DNA of 36,030 nucleotides from an uncultured Candidatus Peribacteria bacterium (GTDB taxonomy: Bacteria; Patescibacteriota; Gracilibacteria; Peribacterales; Peribacteraceae). The DNA lies in the NCBI GenBank assembly GCA_964348745.1, contig CAYGDT010000003.1:1-36030 (forward strand), in the 5' to 3' direction. A model generated the notes under the pieces. That model saw only the letters and a list, made by a program, of their open reading frames with translations. It had not been told where the DNA came from and did no database searches. Positions 16,965 to 24,135 of this stretch are shown here, piece after piece (position 1 is the stretch's first letter; each line of letters opens with the position of its first letter). Made by a program: the position numbers and the translations under genes.

Positions 16965-16982
16965 GGTGTACGTATAGACACC
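16965..16982. promoter_or_regulatory. palindromic operator-like site C (GGTGT-N8-ACACC) at the predicted recA transcription start
   Basis: GGTGTacgtatagACACC. It lies immediately downstream of TTGCCC (16935-16940), N17, TATCGT (16958-16963), so it covers the predicted +1. Confidence 0.5.
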
Positions 16983-17052
16983 TTTATTACTCATCGTACT
17001 AAACACTTTGGTTAGATAAGAGTAACAATTGTGCTTTATACCGAAAAATTTT

Positions 17053-17087
17053 CCATCTTCTATCTTCAATTTTCCATTATCCCTTTT
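17053..17087 (+). repeat. degenerate 5 x 7-nt pyrimidine-rich array in the recA leader
   Basis: CCATCTT CTATCTT CAATTTT CCATTAT CCCTTTT, followed by tcccactatcatc and the ATG at 17101. Confidence 0.7.
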
Positions 17088-17100
17088 TCCCACTATCATC

Positions 17101-18186
17101 ATGTCAAAGACTGCTACTCCTGTAAAACCTATGACCGATCAGAAAACTTCCGCGAAGAAAGACGACATAAAGCAAGTAAAGGATGATGCCATTGCTGCGG
17201 CACTTGCACAAATTGAAAAGCAGTACGGCGTTGGTGCCATCATGAAGATGGACGAGCACGCCGGCAGGCACATTCCTCGTTTCCCTTCAGGTTCCCTATC
17301 ACTCGATATCGCTCTTGGCGGTGGAATTCCGCATGGACGCATTATTGAAATCTACGGACCGGAGAGTTCGGGAAAAACAACTCTCAGTCTCCATGCAATT
17401 GCCGAAGTGCAACGCAAGGGCGGCAGAGCGGCCTTTATAGACGCTGAGCACGCACTTGATGTTCAGTACGCAAAGAAGATCGGCGTAAACATTGACCAAT
17501 TACTCGTATCTCAGCCGGATTCCGGCGAACAGGCACTCGAGATTTGCGAGACGCTCGTGCGCTCCGGTGCAGTCGATATCGTTGTCATTGACTCCGTTGC
17601 AGCGCTCACACCGCAGTCCGAAATCGACGGTGCCATGGGAGATGCACAAATGGGGACGCAGGCGCGTCTCATGAGTCAGGCGCTCCGGAAACTAACGGCC
17701 ATCGTCAATAAGACGCAGTGCAGCATCATTTTCATCAACCAAATTCGTATGAAGATTGGCGTGATGTTCGGCAACCCTGAAACGACTGCAGGCGGTCAGG
17801 CGCTTAAGTTCTACGCATCACTTCGATTGGATGTTCGCAGGATCGACAAAATCCTGGAGAAAATCCCCGGAACCGACGGAAAAGCAGCCGAACAGGAAAT
17901 TGTCGGAAACCGCACGCGTGTGAAAGTGGTGAAAAACAAGGTCGCGCCTCCATTTCGACAGGCAGAGTTCGATATCCTCTATGCACAGGGAATTTCCAAA
18001 GAGGGGGACATCCTCGATCTTGGCGTAAAGTACGGCGTCGTCGAAAAGAGCGGTGCATACTTTCGAGTCGGCGAGGAGACGATCGGGCAGGGTAAAGAAC
18101 AGGCGCGCATGTATCTCAAAGATAACCCAAAACTCACAGATCGCTTGGAGAAGGAAATTCGTAAACTTGCCGAAGTTGCCATCTAA
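17101..18186 (+). CDS. recA: recombinase RecA
   Basis: Walker [11 protein letters not shown]1/L2 region ([30 protein letters not shown]), 361 aa. The track TTG start at 17029 would translate the heptamer array ([14 protein letters not shown]), so I prefer the ATG at 17101. Confidence 0.97.
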   Translation: MSKTATPVKPMTDQKTSAKKDDIKQVKDDAIAAALAQIEKQYGVGAIMKMDEHAGRHIPRFPSGSLSLDIALGGGIPHGRIIEIYGPESSGKTTLSLHAIAEVQRKGGRAAFIDAEHALDVQYAKKIGVNIDQLLVSQPDSGEQALEICETLVRSGAVDIVVIDSVAALTPQSEIDGAMGDAQMGTQARLMSQALRKLTAIVNKTQCSIIFINQIRMKIGVMFGNPETTAGGQALKFYASLRLDVRRIDKILEKIPGTDGKAAEQEIVGNRTRVKVVKNKVAPPFRQAEFDILYAQGISKEGDILDLGVKYGVVEKSGAYFRVGEETIGQGKEQARMYLKDNPKLTDRLEKEIRKLAEVAI

Positions 18187-18188
18187 CT

Positions 18189-18698
18189 ATGGAAGAACTC
18201 TACTCCGACAAACTCTGGAAAGTGGTGCGGGAATCCGCACCGCTTCCGGATGGAGGAGAAAAACAAATCACGCGACTGTATAGACCGGATGGAGTGCATA
18301 TTATTGCATTGACAGAAAATGGAAAAATCCTGCTTCTGAAAGAATTTCGGCCGTTTTACGGGACGTACATTTACATGCTCCCAAGCGGGAGAGTTGATAA
18401 AGAGAATGACCACCGCGAGGGGGCTCAACGGGAACTGCGAGAAGAAACCGGGTTTCGTGCAGAAAAGTTGGAGCACTTTTGCAGCGCACGCCAGTCGGAA
18501 TCGATGGAGTTTGAAAACCACGTCTACGTAGCTTCTGGACTTGTTAATGATCCGCTGCCGCAGGACGAAGATGAACGGATAGAAGTCATGGAATGTTCTC
18601 TGGTTGATACGATACTACTTGTTCATGGCAGCGCAAAGGTACATTTGCCCAGTGCGTACGCATTGCTGCGATATGCGTTTGAAAGGCCTAGGATTTAG
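18189..18698 (+). CDS. Nudix hydrolase (ADP-ribose pyrophosphatase-like)
   Basis: Nudix box GRVDKENDHREGAQRELREETGF. It starts 2 nt after the recA stop, so it is probably co-transcribed. Confidence 0.85.
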   Translation: MEELYSDKLWKVVRESAPLPDGGEKQITRLYRPDGVHIIALTENGKILLLKEFRPFYGTYIYMLPSGRVDKENDHREGAQRELREETGFRAEKLEHFCSARQSESMEFENHVYVASGLVNDPLPQDEDERIEVMECSLVDTILLVHGSAKVHLPSAYALLRYAFERPRI

Positions 18699-18712
18699 GA
18701 AAGGAAGCCTAG

Positions 18713-18740
18713 TTGACACATAAATAGTAAGCGTTAATAA
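18713..18740 (+). promoter_or_regulatory. candidate promoter of the MOSC gene (leaderless geometry)
   Basis: TTGACA (18713-18718), N16, TAATAA (18735-18740). ATGs lie at 18742 and 18748, and the second sits about 7 nt after the -10. Confidence 0.45.
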
Positions 18741-18741
18741 T

Positions 18742-19620
18742 ATGTTTATGGGAAATGAAATTCGACTTGTAGAGGCACGAAACTACCTGATTAAAGGTTG
18801 TGCAGCACAAATCTATAGAATGGGCGACGAATTCCCAATTGATAAAGAAGGTCCTGTGGATCAGCGCCGCTTTCAGATTGTAGATGCATTCAACAAAGTA
18901 TTTCGCAGCCAGAGACACAAAGGCTTTAATAGACTCGCACTTGTGCAACCGGAACTTGTGGAAAATACACTTACCCTTCGTGCGAATGGAATGCCCGATT
19001 GTGTTGTTGATTGTGACCACCACGGTGATGAAATAACTACTGTCACGTGGGAAGCCGAGGTTTTATCAGTTATTCAAGAAGATGCTTCGAGATGGATCAG
19101 TGAGTTTATGGGCAAAGATCTGCTCTTTGTTCAGAAGATTGGAGATCGTCCAATCAACAGCGAGTACGCCCCAGCAAATGCAACAATAGGATTCGCAGAC
19201 CGTTTTCCACTGACTTCTGTTTCTCAGGAGACAATTGATAAAACCGGTGTAGAAGGGAGTCGCTTTCGATATAACCTATTATTTTCCGGATGCAATGCTC
19301 AGGATGAAAATCGCATGGCGCGCTTCAAAATTGGAACATTTATTGCAACTGCTGCAAAGCCATGCGGTCGTTGCCCAACTATTAATGTTAATCAGGATAC
19401 AGGTGAAATTGATATGGATCTCTTGGATGAACTCTACAATAATTCCGCATTCCGGAATCCATATACTAGCGAAGTAGTAGTCTCCGAAAATAATCTTATT
19501 GAACAGCCGGGAGTTGTACGCGTTGGCAGCCCTGTCGAAGTACTTGAGTGGAGCGATGAAGGCTGGGACAGGCCTTATAATACAAATCATAAAAGGCAGC
19601 AGAAAATAATAGTTTCCTAA
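18742..19620 (+). CDS. MOSC domain protein (MOSC_N beta-barrel + MOSC)
   Basis: N-terminal IRLVEARNYLIKGC, FADRFPLTSVSQETID, and the conserved Cys motif KPCGRCPTINVNQDTGE. AT-rich: a hand count of 18781-18900 gives 50/120 G+C. The start may be 18748. Confidence 0.85.
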   Translation: MFMGNEIRLVEARNYLIKGCAAQIYRMGDEFPIDKEGPVDQRRFQIVDAFNKVFRSQRHKGFNRLALVQPELVENTLTLRANGMPDCVVDCDHHGDEITTVTWEAEVLSVIQEDASRWISEFMGKDLLFVQKIGDRPINSEYAPANATIGFADRFPLTSVSQETIDKTGVEGSRFRYNLLFSGCNAQDENRMARFKIGTFIATAAKPCGRCPTINVNQDTGEIDMDLLDELYNNSAFRNPYTSEVVVSENNLIEQPGVVRVGSPVEVLEWSDEGWDRPYNTNHKRQQKIIVS

Positions 19621-19623
19621 TCT

Positions 19624-19658
19624 AAAAAAAACACGCGCACTTTCGTACGCGTGTTTTA
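19624..19658. terminator. bidirectional rho-independent terminator between the MOSC and csp genes
   Basis: An 8-nt A-run (19624-19631, its last A doubling as the first stem base), stem ACACGCG (19631-19637), a 10-nt loop, CGCGTGT (19648-19654), then TTT. It sits between convergent genes. Confidence 0.75.
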
Positions 19659-19672
19659 GACATTCGAAGGAA

Positions 19673-19867
19673 TTATACCTTCTTAACATTCGCTGCTTTT
19701 GGACCTTTTGGTCCCTTTCCCTCTACGTACTCTACATTGTCTCCTTCGCGGAGAGAGTCGAAAGCAACACCTTCAAGGTCTGCTGAGTGGAAGAAAAGAT
19801 CGTCACCTCCCTCGCGGGTGATGAAGCCGAAACCGTTTAACAGTTTCTTAATAGTACCTGAACCCAT
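19673..19867 (-). CDS. cspA: cold-shock domain protein
   Basis: 64 aa, with the RNP1-like GFGFI and the RNP2-like DLFFHSAD motifs. Confidence 0.93.
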   Translation of the reverse strand: MGSGTIKKLLNGFGFITREGGDDLFFHSADLEGVAFDSLREGDNVEYVEGKGPKGPKAANVKKV

Positions 19868-20020
19868 AGAAATAGGGTGAAAAAAGTAGAAATGTAATCT
19901 TAACTCTTGTAAGAAGCATCTCTACCTCTTTCAAAACTAATCTTACGTTTACAGTGTAGACCAAATCCAACGTATTTGCTAGCATATTTCCTTAAATCTA
20001 GAAGTATTTCTCCGTTGCTT

Positions 20021-20269
20021 CTATACAAGGGATATCTTCCAGTAGCACTCTCCGTGGCATTTTGCGCAGTACTGATTGCCGGATGCATGTTGCGGCCCGA
20101 CGGTGCAGTGCGCGCTGCAGCAATGTGATCGGATGTTTTTCTGCATATCCGGAGACATCCGCAATGTATGCTCCTTCTCGCGGACATGCTTCCAGCAGTA
20201 GTTGTTTCCACGCGCCTTCTTGGCCATACAACCTTGCATGGTACAATTTTGTCTTGCGGGCTGTTGCAT
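20021..20269 (-). CDS. candidate double zinc-ribbon mini-protein (82 aa)
   Basis: It carries two copies of a Cys/His module: CTMQGCMAKKARGNNYCWKH and CCSAHCTVGPQHASGNQYCAKCH (C-x4-C-x10/12-GN-x-YC-x2-H/C). This resembles the C-x4-C...G-x-C-x2-H ribbon seen at the N-terminus of many phage HNH endonucleases. It competes with overlapping ORFs in other frames, so the call is uncertain. Confidence 0.3.
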   Translation of the reverse strand: MQQPARQNCTMQGCMAKKARGNNYCWKHVREKEHTLRMSPDMQKNIRSHCCSAHCTVGPQHASGNQYCAKCHGECYWKISLV

Positions 20270-20481
20270 GGGAAGCTGGCGGAAAAATCCAGTGTATTCT
20301 CTTCTTTTAGATTGTGCTCAATGATCGTGCCTTTAATTACGCAGCGCATTTTCCACATCTTTTCCACATTTAGACCACAGTCAACGCATCATTCGCATCC
20401 AGCGTGGATACTTCGCAAGTCCACTTGGTTGTTTCGCTTCCCGCTCACACATAGAATCACATTCCTCTTAAGTATATACAT

Positions 20482-21870
20482 ATGCCAACCCAAAAATCCT
20501 CCGGCACAGGGCAGACTGTCGGCAACCAAGGCCTCTCCACGCAACCGCATAGCACGGAAGCGGAGCGTACGGTGATAGGAGCATTGCTCCTCGATCCTGA
20601 TGCCATCATTAAGGTCAGTGATTTCCTTGTAGCTGCAGATTTTTACGATCCAACCTACCGCGACATCTACGCGGCGATGTTTGAACTGTACAGCAACCAC
20701 GAGCCGGTGGACTTCGTAACGGTGAATGCGAAACTCATGAATAATACGAAACTTCAAGAAATCGGCGGTTCTGCGTTTCTTGCACAACTGACGTCGGAAG
20801 TACCGACCTCTTCGCACATCTATCAATACGGACAGATCGTAAAAACAAAGGCAATTCATCGCAGAATCATCGCAGCGGGACAGAAGATCGTTGGTCTCGG
20901 GTATAGCGAAGATACATTGATCCCAGAGTTGCTGGATGACGTGGAGAAAACGGTGTTTGAAATCAGCAATACTTTTTTAAAAGACAAATTTGTACATATT
21001 CGTCAAATTCTCGAGGAGCGTTACGAGCGATTTGCCGAGCTGCATGAATCCGATGAGGATGTTTTGAAGGGTGTCCCGACAGGATTTCATGTACTAGATG
21101 CAAAATTCTCTGGGTTCCAGCCGAGCGACCTGATCATTCTCGCAGCACGCCCTTCCATGGGAAAGACTGCTCTGGCACTTAATATCGCGCAAAACGCGGC
21201 AATTAAATTTGGAAAAAGTGTAGGCATTTTCTCTCTGGAAATGAGTAAGGAGCAGCTTGTTGATCGACTGTTTGCGTCCATGCTAGGCGTTGACAGCTGG
21301 AAACTGCAGAAAGGCAAACTGGAAGACAGTGACTTCCAAAACATGGGGCCGATTATGGATGAACTGAATAAGGCAAACATTTTCATCGACGATTCGGTTG
21401 CTTCATCCATTCCGGAACTGCGTGCAAAAGCCAGACGTCTCCAAATGGAGCACGGCTTGGATATGTTGATCGTTGATTATCTTCAGTTGATGAGTACGGG
21501 TAATCCTTCGTACGCTGGCAATCGCGTACAAGAGATCTCAGAGATTTCACGATCGCTTAAACAGATTGGACGCGAATTACATATTCCCATTCTCGCACTG
21601 TCACAGCTCTCCCGTGCAGTTGAAAGCAGGCCGGGGAACATTCCTGTGCTCTCGGATCTTCGTGAGTCGGGCTCCATTGAACAGGACGCGGACATCGTGA
21701 TGATGATGTACCGTGAGGACTATTACGAAGAAGACTCTGATCGTCCTGGCATGACGGATATCTACATCCGTAAGCACAGAAACGGCCCTATCGGGCGCGT
21801 TGAACTAATGTTTAAAAAGGATCACTTGCGCTTTTACGATGTAGATAAGGCACATAGTCACAGTGGATAA
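20482..21870 (+). CDS. dnaB: replicative DNA helicase DnaB
   Basis: N-terminal AERTVIGALLLDPDA, Walker A ARPSMGKTA, Walker B LIVDYLQLM, and SQLSRAVE. 462 aa. Confidence 0.97.
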   Translation: MPTQKSSGTGQTVGNQGLSTQPHSTEAERTVIGALLLDPDAIIKVSDFLVAADFYDPTYRDIYAAMFELYSNHEPVDFVTVNAKLMNNTKLQEIGGSAFLAQLTSEVPTSSHIYQYGQIVKTKAIHRRIIAAGQKIVGLGYSEDTLIPELLDDVEKTVFEISNTFLKDKFVHIRQILEERYERFAELHESDEDVLKGVPTGFHVLDAKFSGFQPSDLIILAARPSMGKTALALNIAQNAAIKFGKSVGIFSLEMSKEQLVDRLFASMLGVDSWKLQKGKLEDSDFQNMGPIMDELNKANIFIDDSVASSIPELRAKARRLQMEHGLDMLIVDYLQLMSTGNPSYAGNRVQEISEISRSLKQIGRELHIPILALSQLSRAVESRPGNIPVLSDLRESGSIEQDADIVMMMYREDYYEEDSDRPGMTDIYIRKHRNGPIGRVELMFKKDHLRFYDVDKAHSHSG

Positions 21871-21985
21871 CGGAAAATGATAGAGGATAAAGGATAGTGG
21901 ATAATAATTGAGTGATTTCATTTTATTACCCTTTATCCACTCTCCACTCTCCGTTATCCTTTACACACTCTCCGTTATCCTACTG
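21865..21985. repeat. purine-rich heptamer array followed by a complementary pyrimidine-rich heptamer array (long imperfect inverted repeat)
   Basis: Left arm, 21865-21920: GGATAAC GGAAAAT GATAGAG GATAAAG GATAGTG GATAATA ATTGAGT GATTTCA. Right arm, 21930-21985: CCTTTAT CCACTCT CCACTCT CCGTTAT CCTTTAC ACACTCT CCGTTAT CCTACTG. GGATAGTGGATAA (21893-21905) pairs with TTATCCACTCTCC (21933-21945) with 1 mismatch. GGATAACGGA (21865-21874) is perfectly complementary to TCCGTTATCC at both 21950-21959 and 21971-21980. Confidence 0.85.
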
Positions 21986-21987
21986 CT

Positions 21988-23049
21988 ATGCAAATCGACT
22001 TCATTCCCGTTCGCCCGGACATTACAACGGGAGAAATGCTTTTGTACGGTATCGTGGCATTCATCATTGGTCTTGCACTTACGCCATGGTTCGTAGCTTT
22101 CCTCCGCAAGAACCGTATGGGAAAGCAATTGCGCGTAGAAACTGTCGATAATCGCGAGGCGACGGTGTTCCGTAGATATCACCAGCACAAGTTCGGTACA
22201 CCGACGATGGGAGGTGTTCTTATATGGGTGTCGATACTTCTGACGGTTCTTGTATCCCGATCACTTGCACTCATGGGATTCGTCGATCACTCGCTCTTGC
22301 AGCGGGGACAGGTCTATTTGCCCCTCTTTGTCCTTGTGACGTTTGGATTGTTGGGTGGGTTGGACGATTACCTCAATATCATCGGAGCTGGGAAGAAAAA
22401 GGGGCTTGATTGGTTGCCAAAGATTCTCACGCTGCTGCTTATTAGCAGCATCGGTGCGTGCTGGTTTTACTTCAAGCTTGGGTACAATGAGATAGATATA
22501 CCGTTTCATGAACCATTGGAGGTTGGGCTGTTCTATATTCCAATCTTCATATTTATTATTGTCGGTACGGCAAATGCGGTGAATGTCACCGATGGTTTGG
22601 ACGGGCTCGCAGCGGGTTTACTTGCGATTGCATTCGGGAGTTTCGGCGTAATCGCATACTCAGCCGGACTGGATGTTCTCGCTGCGTTTTGCTTCGTCGT
22701 TGTCGGTTCTATTGCCGCTTTTCTGTGGCACAACGTTCCGCCGGCGCTATTTTTCATGGGCGATACAGGTTCACTTGCGCTGGGTGGTACGCTCGGGATG
22801 ATCGCCATGATGACAGATCAGGTACTGATCTTGCCCCTTGTTGGCTTCGTGTTTGTCATTGAAATGCTGTCGGTGATCATACAGCTTACCAGTAAAAAAT
22901 TTCGCGGAGGAAAGAAAATCTTCCGTGCTGCACCTATCCATCACCACTTCGAAGCGCTGGAGTGGGGTGAGAGCAAGGTGACCATGCGGCTCTGGATCAT
23001 CGGGGCATTCGTTGCGTTCATCGGAGTGGTTATTGCAACGTTGGGATAG
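21988..23049 (+). CDS. mraY: phospho-N-acetylmuramoyl-pentapeptide transferase
   Basis: Polytopic membrane protein with NAVNVTDGLDGLA and APIHHHFE motifs. 353 aa. Confidence 0.95.
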   Translation: MQIDFIPVRPDITTGEMLLYGIVAFIIGLALTPWFVAFLRKNRMGKQLRVETVDNREATVFRRYHQHKFGTPTMGGVLIWVSILLTVLVSRSLALMGFVDHSLLQRGQVYLPLFVLVTFGLLGGLDDYLNIIGAGKKKGLDWLPKILTLLLISSIGACWFYFKLGYNEIDIPFHEPLEVGLFYIPIFIFIIVGTANAVNVTDGLDGLAAGLLAIAFGSFGVIAYSAGLDVLAAFCFVVVGSIAAFLWHNVPPALFFMGDTGSLALGGTLGMIAMMTDQVLILPLVGFVFVIEMLSVIIQLTSKKFRGGKKIFRAAPIHHHFEALEWGESKVTMRLWIIGAFVAFIGVVIATLG

Positions 23050-23077
23050 CTCTGCGGAAGAGAAATCTGTATTTTCT

Positions 23078-23112
23078 CCATTCTCAATTCACTATTTCGC
23101 CTCTACTATAGA
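23078..23112 (+). repeat. degenerate 5 x 7-nt pyrimidine-rich array in the gap leader
   Basis: CCATTCT CAATTCA CTATTTC GCCTCTA CTATAGA, then cgc and the ATG at 23116. The upstream GAGAAAT (23060-23066) can pair with ATTTTCTC (23071-23078) with one bulge. Confidence 0.65.
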
Positions 23113-23115
23113 CGC

Positions 23116-24135
23116 ATGAAACGGATTGCCATTAACGGCTACGGTCGGATCGGGCGGAACGTGCACAGGCAAATTCTCAGTCGTTTCTCGGATAGCATGC
23201 AAGTGGTCGCAGTCAATGCATCATCCGATGCCGATTTGCGCGCATACTTACTGAAATACGATTCACTGCATGGCAGGTTTGATGGAGACGTCATAGCAAA
23301 GGACGATCATCATATCACCGTCAATGGAGCCGATGTTCGCGTAGTCAAAGAACGTGAGCCGGTCAAGTGCCCATGGAAAGAGCTCGGTATCGATGTTGTG
23401 ATTGAATCGACAGGACATTTTGTTACGGCCGAAGCAGTTCAAGGCCATATCATTGCCGGTGCTCAGCGCATTATAGTCACAGCTCCCATGAAAGACGACA
23501 CGCCGACATTCGTCCTTGGCGTGAATGACGATACACTGACGGGAGACATGGCAATCGTCAGCAATGCTTCGTGTACAACCAACTGCATTGCTCCGGTGAT
23601 CAAAGTACTCCATGCAGAATTTGGCGTGGAAAATCTCCTTGTCAGTTCGGTTCACGCATACACGGCGACGCAGAACCTACTTGATAACAAGCCGAGGGAA
23701 GAAGGCGATTTTCGCAGAGCCCGCGCGGCAACGCTCTCAGTCATTCCGACAAAGACGGGGGCAGTGCGAGCGTGTGCAAAGATTTTTCCGGATCTTAAAG
23801 GACGCATTGACGGTATGGCATTTCGCGTACCTGTTCCCACTGTCAGTTGTGCGTACATGGCGTTTGTACTTAAGAACGATGCAGATGGTGCGCAAATTAA
23901 TGCTGCCTTGAGGAATGCGGCGTCCGGATCTATGAAAAATGTACTGGCTGTCAGCGATGAACAGTGTGTCTCCATTGATTTTCAGACCGATCCGCATTCT
24001 TCCATTGTCGACGCTAACTTTACGAAAGTTATCGAAGGCAACGCCGCTCAGCTGCTGAGCTGGTACGACAATGAATGGGGCTACGCGATGCGTGTAACTG
24101 AACTGCTTCAAAAAGTCATTTCCCTTATTAAATAA
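23116..24135 (+). CDS. gap: glyceraldehyde-3-phosphate dehydrogenase
   Basis: NGYGRIGR NAD-binding motif and the active site SNASCTTNC. 339 aa. Confidence 0.96.
   Translation: MKRIAINGYGRIGRNVHRQILSRFSDSMQVVAVNASSDADLRAYLLKYDSLHGRFDGDVIAKDDHHITVNGADVRVVKEREPVKCPWKELGIDVVIESTGHFVTAEAVQGHIIAGAQRIIVTAPMKDDTPTFVLGVNDDTLTGDMAIVSNASCTTNCIAPVIKVLHAEFGVENLLVSSVHAYTATQNLLDNKPREEGDFRRARAATLSVIPTKTGAVRACAKIFPDLKGRIDGMAFRVPVPTVSCAYMAFVLKNDADGAQINAALRNAASGSMKNVLAVSDEQCVSIDFQTDPHSSIVDANFTKVIEGNAAQLLSWYDNEWGYAMRVTELLQKVISLIK

Noticed and set aside
17029-17100. N-terminal extension of the recA ORF from a TTG start ([24 protein letters not shown])
   Set aside because: It simply translates the CT-heptamer array. 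The conserved RecA sequence starts after the ATG at 17101. Similar extensions were trimmed for tyrS (1616-1657), rluD (1751-1801), rpsT (11577-11627), the membrane protein (26010-26096) and prmC (30419-30583).
19900-20367. 155-aa ORF as the gene in the cspA-dnaB spacer
   Set aside because: Its central third is Arg/Ala/Ser-rich and looks like out-of-frame sequence (PRRRVETTTAGSMSARRSIHCGCLRICRK). The overlapping 82-aa frame has an ordered Cys/His pattern. Neither is proven. See the finding for the frameshift and RNA alternatives.
19868-20481. Known structured RNAs (RNase P RNA, tmRNA, SRP RNA) in the large cspA-dnaB spacer
   Set aside because: I found no conserved signature on either strand: no GAGGAAAGUCC or ACAGAA...GGCUUA (RNase P), no tRNA-like 3' end with a TTCGA T-loop and CCA (tmRNA), and no SRP domain IV motif. 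A covariance-model scan would be needed to exclude them fully.
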